This document shows, piece after piece, positions 58,201 through 64,000 of a DNA stretch of 64,000 bases. Made by a program: the position numbers and the translations under genes. The notes below the pieces were generated by a model. It made no database searches. It was not told where the DNA came from and saw only the letters and a list, made by a program, of their open reading frames with translations. The number at the start of each line of letters is the position of its first letter. The first letter of the stretch is position 1. Source of the stretch: Podarcis bocagei (Eukaryota). Location: the NCBI GenBank assembly GCA_964188305.1, contig OZ076892.1, one strand, 5' to 3'.

Positions 58201-61200
58201 ATTTGACTGCTTTTCCTGCACGGGATATACTCCTCCAAGTTTCTTAGTTGCTAGTTCTGCAGTTTGTTTTCCTTTCTTAAGTGTTGTCGATGTGTTGAAA
58301 GTTCTTAGAGGGTTTCCGGACATTAAATTTTTAAACATCACTTGAACACTTGCATTTGATGGAAAGGAATTAATTAACTAAAAACACTAATAATTTAACT
58401 GTGTGTAATATACCCATCCTCTACATTTGCTTTGATGGGATGCTTGTTTCCCAGCCTTACAGGTAGCATTTGGGTCACTTTATCGAGATGAAGTGTTAAT
58501 AAATCCCAGCAGAGTCATTGCACTCCTAGCAGCAGCTAGCATGCTGCAATTGGTAAGTAGAAATGGCTACCTTTATTTGGCACCCTCCCCCTTCAGTTTA
58601 TAAGCTATGGGGCATTTGTAAAATGTTTAACTTCGTAAAAGACCCAGAGTCATCATCCGGTGCCCTTTTCTGTGAACCCCCTCCATAGGGGTCTAGAGGG
58701 TGGCAACATGGGAAGGGGCCTTTTCAGTGGTGGTTCCATGCTTGTGGAATTCTCTCCCTAGCAAGGCATGCTGGCACCTTCTTTATATGTTTTAGACACC
58801 TGGGTAAAACCTTTTTGTTTTACCTGGGCTGGTGGCCTTTCATTTTGAGGGTTTTCCGAGATTTGTGGGGCAGGATCTGTGAGACCTGTCTTTAATTTGT
58901 ATAGATGTGTTTTTAGGCTTTTGTTGATTGTGTATGTTATAACAGATTTGTGTTCATACTATTTTTGTAAGTTGCTTTATTCATCATTTTCCTGACAAAA
59001 GGGACCCAAATATAAATGATGATAATAAGTAAGAAGACTCATTTCATAATGCAAAGCTGAACATTTTGTGAATGCCCTGTAACTTTTCCTGTTAACAATC
59101 TCCATCTTCTGCTGCTTCTCTGTATTATATATGCAATGTATGTGTTCAAAGGTTGTATGTTCAATCCCTCTAAGGCAGCAGTGGGGAACCTCTGGCCCTT
59201 CAGTTGGTGTTGGACTCCCAGCTTTCCTTCAGCCCCAGCCAGCATGGTCAAGGTCTAGGGATTTGAGAATAGTGGACCAACAGCACCTGGAGGGCTGCAG
59301 GTTCCCTGCTCCTGCTCCAAGGGCTCTCATGTAGGAAAGCTAGAAAAGTGTCTTTTTGGACTGCTGCTAGCAGTTCATGCACACAATAACTAGTTTGACT
59401 TGGCATAAATAGTTTCTTATGTTTCAAAATGGGGGCAACCGAACAATGCTTAAACTGGAGGTATATATAGGTTTTTTCCAGGCTTTTAGGTATTATCAAT
59501 ACTTTATCTACTGAGTTCACCTTCTTCCTAGGCTATTCTGGGAAGTAGATTACACATACTATTTAGGCATTGGAGATTTTTTTCTGTCATTGTGTATTTT
59601 CAGGATGGCTTAATACAGCAATGTGGTGAGACAATGAAGGAAACAATTAATGCAAAAACTGTGTGCAGCTATTATAATTCTGCAGGAACATATGGATTAG
59701 ATTCCCTGAAAAAAAAGCAAGTATCTTCTTTGCATTGAAATGAGCTTTATCTAATGAGAAGGCATTTCTAAAAATAGTGTGATTCCCCTTGGAATCACTT
59801 TGGGAAGCAGCTAATGTGGCTCCTTCATGGGCATTCTTTCATTATCCTGTTTTGTACATTACTCTGAAAAGTATGTTCTTTGGGATATGCATGTTCCTAT
59901 AAAAAATAAGTTTTAGGTAAGTTAAAGTAGGTGTGACATTCTGAAAACATTTCTGCCCAATACAGTGCAGCTGGGACTTCTGAGCATTGTGGGCTGTGGT
60001 ATCCGGGAATCAGAAAATTGGAAGGATGACACAGGCTCAGAGTGATACTTTATTTCAGGCTTCCTCAAACTCAGCCCTCCAGATGTTTTGAGACTACAAT
60101 TCCCATCATCCCTGACCACTGGTCCTGCTAGCTAGGGATCATGGGAGTTGTAGGCCAAAAACATCTGGAGGGCCGAGGTTGAGGAAGCCTGGTTTATATT
60201 GTTGGATGCATTGGGAATGTAAGATCCATGGTGGGAGTGAAGGGGATTATAGCAGAGTGGGCGGGCATTGCATGTGGGGACTTCATGGTATACGGTGATA
60301 TTTGGTAATACGGAGCAAGTATCTACTCTGCAAGTTGTTTAAAATGTTCTTCTAGATGTTTAATTGTTTGGGGAAATCATCTTTCTGTGCACTCTGATAA
60401 GACTGATATATGTTAAATCTAGGTGCCTTGAATGGCTCTTAAACAACCTGATGACACACCAGTGTGTGGAACTCGTCAAAGAACTCAGGTATTGAGATTT
60501 CAGCTATCTTGGATTAACTGAGATACTGAGAGATGTTTAGCCTAAAATTATACAAATTTAAATGAATCTGTTCATTATCTTGACATTTCATGTGCCATGT
60601 CTTCTGTTCCAGTATAAACCTCATGAAACAGCTGATCAGTTCCTCTAACCTGTTTGTCATGCAAGTGGAGATGGATGTGTACACTGCTCTGAAAAAGGTA
60701 GTAACCAAGGCCCAGATAGTCCTGTTTGTGTGAAACAGTTGCCCTATTGTTGGATTTGCACCAAACCAGGCTTAATCCACAGTTGCTCTGGTCCAGGTGC
60801 TGCTGTGGCATAAAACATTCTTATTTCTAGTACAGGCAGCCCCTGTTTACAAGGCAATTAATTTCGAAGGCACCATGTGCATCAGTGAAATCGTGTATAC
60901 AGTGGTACAGTGGTGCCTTGCAAGACGAAATTAATTCGTTCTGCGCGTTTTTTCGTCTTGCAAAGCACGGTCAAGTCGCAACTGCACCTCTTCAAGCGGT
61001 TTTAAGAAAAAGGAAACAAACTTGCAGGACGTTTTCATCTTGCGAAGCAAGCCCATAGGGAAATTCGTCTTGCACAGCAACTCAAAAAACAAAAAACTCT
61101 TTCGTCTTGCGAGTTTTTCGTCTTCCGAGGCATTCGTCTTGCGAGGTACCACTGTACCTTGGTTCTCAAACTTGATCCGTTCTGGAAGTCTGTTCCAAAA

Positions 61201-63921
61201 CCACAATGTTCCAAAACCAAGGCACGCTTTCCCCTAGAAAGTACTGTAATGCAAAACGGATTAATCTGTTTAAGACTTTTTAAAACAACCCCTAAAACAG
61301 CAATTTAACATGAATTTTACTCTCTAACAAGACCATTGATCCATAAAATGAAAGCAATAATCAATGTACTGTACTATCAAATAAAAATTTAAATTATTAT
61401 TTTTCTTACCTGCACTGATGATAGTCATTGTTTGGATGGGGGACTTTTATCCATTTCCGCAGTCACACAATCAATCAATCAATCAATCAGTAGCTGAACT
61501 GGGTTCCACACAGTCCCAAAAACAAATTAACCAAAAAGGCCTCAAAAACAAAAACACAAAATAAATAGCAAAAACAAAAGTGCCAAGCATCAAACCTAAT
61601 CCATTCCGGACATCCATTTGACTTCCGAAATATTCGAAAACCAGGGCACAGCTGATTGGTGCAGGCACCCTGGAAACAGTAGCCGACAGCCACATTGGAC
61701 ATTCGGCTTCTGAAAAACATTCGAAAACTAGAACACTTACTTCCAGGTTTTCAGTGTTTGGGAACCAAGGCGTTTGAGAACCAAGGTGACACTGTAATTG
61801 AAACCCATTGAAAAAGCCTGCAAACCCCCCATTCTGCCTCTGCCCTGCCCCCCTTTCCACTCTTTTAATAGCGTTTCAGAGACGTTGTTATGATGTTTCT
61901 AGGTTACTTCAAGGTTCGGCACAATGCGCGTAAACTTTGTCACACTCATACTGAACGCACGTAAATGGGGCTGCTTGTAAAAGGGGTGTGTGTGTGTGTG
62001 TTTTCACATTGAATGGAAAATGTTCCAATGGAAAATTTTAAACTTACACCATTTTATTTTTATCCAGTGGATGTTCCTTCAACTGGTGCCTTCTTGGAAT
62101 GGATCTCTAAAGCACCTTTTAAATGAAGCAGATGTTTGGTTTTCCAAGCGTAAAAAAGGTATTTGTGCAGCTCTGGAGTTTGTGAATGACTGTGCATGTT
62201 GGAAATCTAAAATCTTCTCTTTGTGCAAGATGTACCTTGAAGATGTTAATACGCAATTGGCCTATTTAATGTGGGCTGGAAAGCATTTATCCTTTATTTA
62301 GCTTCATAATCTATAGTTCTATGTGTGATCCTGAGCACTTAAAAAAAAGCAGGATCTAGTTGTATTAAAACAGGTGAAATTAAAGTGAGTGAATGAAAAT
62401 AAAATTGTTCCAATTTAAAGGAAAATCTGATATTTTTCAGCTTTGCCTGCAGAATGCATTTCCCACTTTCTGTTACTGTACAATTGACCATAAATAGTTT
62501 GGGTGGAATCCAATGAAGTCATTGTTAGCAGAATGACTTCTGTGAGTGCAACGACACTTCTCTTGATGTGTGCTCCCACACACCCCGAAATTGGCTACAG
62601 AGGGTTGAGTGATCCCCCAGAGCAGATTTGGGAGGAGGGGCAGGACCAGTTCAACTGTGCAAGCTTAACGAAAAAGTTTTTGAACTCATAACGGCTTGCT
62701 TATTATCACATTGCAGATTTTGGGGATGGCATCTCATTCTTGGAATCAGAACCAGGAAGTGCGTTTTTGGCAGTTTTCAGACACTTACGGCTGCAGTACA
62801 TAGTCAGCGATCTGGCATCAGCAAAAATTGTTGAGCGAGATGGTCTGATACCTGCAGGTAAGATTGGAGCAGCTCTCTCTTTCCCCCTTGGCCGCAGACA
62901 AGGTGGGTTCAGGACTGAATATGTGGCCATGCTGGGGGGGGGGGGTCAGATCCAATTTACTAATGTGAAAGTGGTGTGGATCAAGCGGTGTGGATCAAGT
63001 GGGGTTTGGGTGCAAAGGATTCCTACAGCTTAATGCAGGATTGCAGGATCTCTGATTAGGAATACCATTTCCCTGTCCCCTCAAAATGCAGGGACTGGTG
63101 AACATGCTTCCGTAGCTATAGTGCTGTCCTGGGCTCAGGTTCCATATGTGGTGAATGTCATAAGTGAAAGGCTTATTTGGTTGCAGTATGTTCTAGGCTT
63201 GTGTTTTCTGCATGTCTTGGGAATGCCGCCATACGATTGTCGCTGTAGAGTTTATTCTAGTTTAGTAAACAAGAAAGTTTTGGCACTCTCTGGAAGTTGT
63301 TGGGAGGAACTGGGGTTTTGTGTCAACATGACAAGGTGGAAGATTTTACAGAAAAATGCAGAACTAAACTGAGTGAGATTTAATGGTTAGAAAGGTAAGC
63401 TGAAGGGGCATGAGAATGAGGTGAACTGGCAAATGTTGAGATGAGAGGAAATTAGTGATTTGGAACTGAGGCCTGTTTAAGTTGGACTGAAGTGGCAAAA
63501 AGGATGGATGAATTAAATACTCTGAGCACCAAATTTTATAGAAACCATTCCAGGTAAGGTCTTAGCTGAAACTGGATTACCTAGGCACAAATTAATGACT
63601 GCCCATTTTTCATTTTAACCATAGTAGTGTGTGTGTGTTTGTGTGCATGTTCTTTCAAACAATGGAACCCCCCCTTCTTTTTCTTTACTTCTATCACACT
63701 AGCTGAATCGTTTAGTGTAGAGTGGTGGGATCCTATAGTTTAGCAACATGCATAGATTTGTCTAAGTTATAAGACTTTTTAAAGTGCTGCTTAACTTATA
63801 TTCCCCATCTGTAAAAGACCCACTTTGATTTTTTTAAATTTTAAATTTTAGAATGGCTGTCCTCTGTTTACAAACAGCAGTGGTTTGCCATGCTCAGAGC
63901 AGAACAAGACAATGACATTGG
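42761..63921 (+). CDS. GMCL1: Germ cell-less protein-like 1 (BTB/BACK), exons 1-10; gene continues beyond the window
   Basis: Exons 42761-42993, 56207-56330, 57548-57644, 58455-58552, 59604-59716 (GC donor), 60423-60488, 60613-60697, 62068-62158, 62717-62857, 63852-63921. Translation MGLLSSR...KRKR...LLNTPRRKKLKSTSKYIYQTLFLNGENSDIKICALGEEWNLHKIYLCQSGYFSSMFSGSWKES... matches vertebrate GMCL1 as I recall it. Confidence 0.96.
43359..43680 (+). mobile_element. Sauria/Squam1-type SINE
   Basis: TTAAACCACAGAG...GGTTCGAATCCC (B box)...GGGGTCCCTTTACCTTAC tail. Confidence 0.8.
44075..45215 (-). repeat. ERV 3' LTR (1141 bp)
   Basis: Preceded on the minus strand by a purine-rich PPT-like tract. TTTAAAA TATA-like box at ~44254-44261 and AATAAA (plus TTTATT) at 44197-44202. 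Confidence 0.97.
45216..45228 (-). promoter_or_regulatory. Polypurine tract
   Basis: Minus strand ...GAATGGGGGAC immediately precedes the 3' LTR (TGATAC). Confidence 0.7.
45291..47315 (-). CDS. env: ERV Env (gamma-type, SU-TM), 674 aa
   Basis: First ATG at 47315 gives signal peptide MGFACTALLLATFF. SU CWIC (CXXC), furin site RQRNKR, ISD-like LQTRIATDFLLSSQGGTC, CX6CC (CALIGTECC), hydrophobic TM anchor and a tail with YxxPhi (YVQM). Confidence 0.95.
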   Translation of the reverse strand: MGFACTALLLATFFRTTSASSNHCTGLQTDYHFLDYHEVETGGRSNPDRMGDFDFCLPESRTLLRHSLVPRLTNDEYWELFIRNKDLRRIGSAALTLDHSSYRLTCHNGTYLLYKGGEITQSPNWTEVEIGGASHAYTDSSRPSGNLIFGFQCLLSTPETRKPQLQGLCLRRFCCLWNLGYTRDWKGAEYLEGWHHPIHPSRPPSWDHAGPLRCGGIARDRQLLNTTDPLHPVGTAPRQFGTDSALPGEDLLSSWEQNSYIKLLSQVAKEAPYPDCWICAHAPSHLQQSLPLVPVPVTLEQFRSGNVTSWNLTALNLTHQYLYLTGPTKGPLCRRFSGEGTFIGSSTCTSTLEILPTGLVTIINARGPRTFPNLTTAWAAVVGHPSDWKPQVTDSMLLQTFASGRMESYLSGLFWVCGHRAYTWVSPHMSGSCFVGYIVPGIRILPHLPPGRQRNKREQKELSDLSDAAANGETVGRALFPAYGAGSNHVDILRLTDILLKFMQEATQITDSLMSELSEVRQLSLQTRIATDFLLSSQGGTCALIGTECCTYVTDQTLNITGHLNNIHELAGKLHDIQHEGLSDVDLWGWLPKLGWLRQLLKVVLFTILTVFLCVSILCCTMHCITPCCSLLRHSASTSSFPLRAYSRSRHAPTFPDYVQMRHLGEGEYEITEI
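47368..47640 (-). repeat. 51-bp tandem repeat (about 5 copies) in the pol-env spacer
   Basis: Minus-strand unit CATCTGACAGCTTCGTTTGACAGCTCTCTACGTCACCGCTCCATCCTGCCT. Confidence 0.95.
47642..51430 (-). CDS. pol: ERV Pro-Pol (protease, RT, RNase H, integrase), in frame with gag behind a single TGA
   Basis: The frame is open from the codon after the gag TGA: LLDTGATYSTL (protease), LPQGYVESP and YVDD (RT), YTDGSS and YTDSKY (RNase H), HQQTH...CITC, LQLDF/DSDRG/QVERMN (integrase DDE), WEGPY. The ORF-track start at 51247 is an internal Met. Confidence 0.96.
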   Translation of the reverse strand, partial: QSEGGPDQTQTICPVLTLSSEDPFCTIEIDGHPYQCLLDTGATYSTLTDSHLEPGSETKKVMGLDGIPRTCPLSRPTKVTLGPLLAEHTFLLTSSPVNLLGRDLLCKLNATIKCSREGIYLYMPEDSIPEFQGMMEEVKTDRQFPELPPELEDNLPPSLWGTESTSVGLLLSAVPVKITYRTDLPFPCTKQYPLPKEAIEGLTPMIEDFLEKGILVPCASPCNTPVLPVKKPSAEGAPVRYRFVQDLRLVNQFVIPRHPVVGNPNSLLNAIPAETKWYTAADLCSAFFSIPLDPASQFLFAFTWGPSQLTWTRLPQGYVESPAIFSAILHQDLQDIHLPASSALLLYVDDLLLCSTSEEACKTDTKHLLAELARKGHKVSPKKLQYCKQEVKYLGHILGVGTRSLATDRIEAVTKIPLPKTKRQLRGFLGMAGFCRAWIAGYSEITKPLSAMTRQDHPDTLVWEEEAYKSFERLKRELRSAPALGLPDYRIPFNLFIHEQMGVASGVLTQPFRDKERPVAYYSLQLDNTAKGAVSCLRAIAAAATLLEKAQETVLGHEIIVHVPHSVSTLLTLRGCHHFSNSRLNKYEALLLTPSNVTIKRVNSLNPATLLPLPDDGTPHHDCATIVRQAEKPREDLDHLPLENPDLVLYTDGSSRVVEGERKTGYAVVTDFEVLESNPINPQYSAQAAELIALIRACELSEGKRATIYTDSKYCFGLVHTTGQIWLQRGFLTAAGSKISHAALVERLLTAIHMPDAIAVVHCKAHTRGRDPVSRGNRRADNAAQAAALRPPNQESEFQALQIPLNIDPTQIYKEAPEEEKTLWRSVGAVQQNDIWILPDGRPVLPKTWVSKLVRVLHQQTHWGKGRLIEHVKRSWYAPGLAVAATTASKNCITCSSYNPKRQPRAPPGARLWAFVPFESLQLDFIDLPPCQGFKHALIIIDKLSSWVEGFPCRKPTASVVARALLQDIIPRFGVPRRLDSDRGTHFTAQIVQLVAKALQIKWDLHTPYHPQSSGQVERMNQEIKIQLGKLCRLTGLKWTNALPLVLHNIRSAPTGPLRLSPYELLFGRPPPVYNTLFPLSELELGEAELTNYVIQLQTQLQRLHQYAAIEGQNLPIDVQAHSFDPGDWILIKVYQKEPLQPAWEGPYQILLTSPTAVKVGEKNSWIHHTRCKPAPPPQQTEENPGEDFTFSTPPTPPTSYIDDDEEQTGPADRGQDRAQQTGPADRGQDRAQQTGPVATTSNWTSEIVPDTDALKLRLKRA
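47719..47811 (-). repeat. 39-bp in-frame tandem duplication in the integrase C-terminal tail
   Basis: Encodes QTGPADRGQDRAQ x2 plus QTGP. Confidence 0.9.
51431..53338 (-). CDS. gag: ERV Gag, 635 aa
   Basis: ATG in strong context (aaaATGG). Myristoylation-type MGTQASK, PPPY late domain, major homology region VLQGANEHPSDYYTRL, single CCHC knuckle CFYCQEEGHIKRFC, ends in TGA. Confidence 0.95.
   Translation of the reverse strand: MGTQASKHERARSGRKASRKPSESQRDPDSPLEFVISYWKSIPGHKLLSRQKLEDLCRDTWPAGTASAKPELRWPKGGSFNEDRLQHLKNYLLEEKPRQLEYLATFETVKGLLQGTKGTTTYQLPVLSHGRSSLPPPYEGYPGEEDSIEQALIPFYYRQPIPPAPGGQSDSDEDTREPGARGGTSPRITRQRAKEIQNATPEGSNPVALNQRAKEILEATLRDPSLLEKLKETPGTSKQTESAAVQMPLRALPIPPLQPDGPPRMVYTHQPFYTADLVTWSNQMPSLRDDPDKCHRQVSAIFSTHKPTWPDVHVLLNALFNEAEKADILAKAGEAIELPNYQAGRPRGVEALTAQCLRTEPTWDYNTTDGTWCLDLFKKAILDGIKAAGQRTVNWTKVQTVLQGANEHPSDYYTRLVSAIKTWGGIDPDNPQHEVIVKGFFKDQACPDIRKALNLQIGYDGKSISEILSIAKSVFNSRDERKKRDPKPETEQILALSMEPNYSRGRGFSRGKGARGGGPPNPHRPWGPAAGGCFYCQEEGHIKRFCPYLNNVTREVHSNTTYGYQNQPPVPYNPRAAPASYNPPLPNVPTKTQTPPQGLRTQMPAITPSTHPWANATAPPLHPPNQPPPDDQQTY
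54334..54351 (-). promoter_or_regulatory. Primer-binding site, tRNA-Lys3(UUU)-like
   Basis: TGGCGCCCAAGCAGGGAC, 2 nt after the 5' LTR; 16/18 identical to the tRNA-Lys3 PBS TGGCGCCCGAACAGGGAC. Confidence 0.85.
54354..55494 (-). repeat. ERV 5' LTR (1141 bp)
   Basis: Direct repeat of 44075-45215 (offset 10279). Minus strand reads TGATACGG...CCGTAACA, followed by TT and the PBS. Confidence 0.97.
60833..61977. mobile_element. Three nested TA-targeting Tc1/mariner-type MITEs (60833-61977 contains 60900-61794, which contains 60908-61154)
   Basis: Three TIR pairs, each flanked by TA; the innermost lies in the CAGTGG-TA-CC TIR of the middle one. Confidence 0.75.
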
Positions 63922-64000
63922 GTATGTATAGCACACCCCTTTTCCTATAAGTTTGTAAGTGCACCCCCTTCTCCTCCGGTACAGGCATCTCAGAATGTGG

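Noticed and set aside
59721-59730. GTATCTTC resembling a U12-type donor in GMCL1 intron 5
   Set aside because: Imperfect match to GTATCCTT, and using it breaks the reading frame with the next exon.

Overview
Vertebrate genomic DNA, almost certainly a squamate and probably a lacertid lizard (Sauria/Squam1 and Squam3-type SINEs, squamate CR1 3' ends). Three spliced host genes: ANXA4 (+, 12 coding exons 7900-20087, 319 aa), TSR1 (-, 15 coding exons 42378-25278, 809 aa) and GMCL1 (+, exons 1-10 from 42761, running off the window). TSR1 and GMCL1 are head-to-head on one CpG island. The main feature is a full-length, apparently intact class I (gamma-like) endogenous retrovirus (44075-55494, - strand) in GMCL1 intron 1. 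It has 1141-bp LTRs in which I see no difference by eye, a 4-bp TSD and open gag, pro-pol and env. Its signals are an unusual combination: a tRNA-Lys3-like PBS, a gag/pol UGA-CAA-UCA (CARYYA-type) readthrough context, a BET/ET-binding-like integrase tail, a candidate leader intron, a 51-bp tandem array between pol and env, and a TM subunit with a hydrophilic N-terminus. Other points: a SNORD91 relic apparently split by a CR1 insertion in TSR1 intron 10, TSR1 in a different gene neighbourhood from human, a GC-AG intron in GMCL1, and many nested or minisatellite-bearing non-autonomous DNA transposons. All coordinates were read by eye and no database searches were run.
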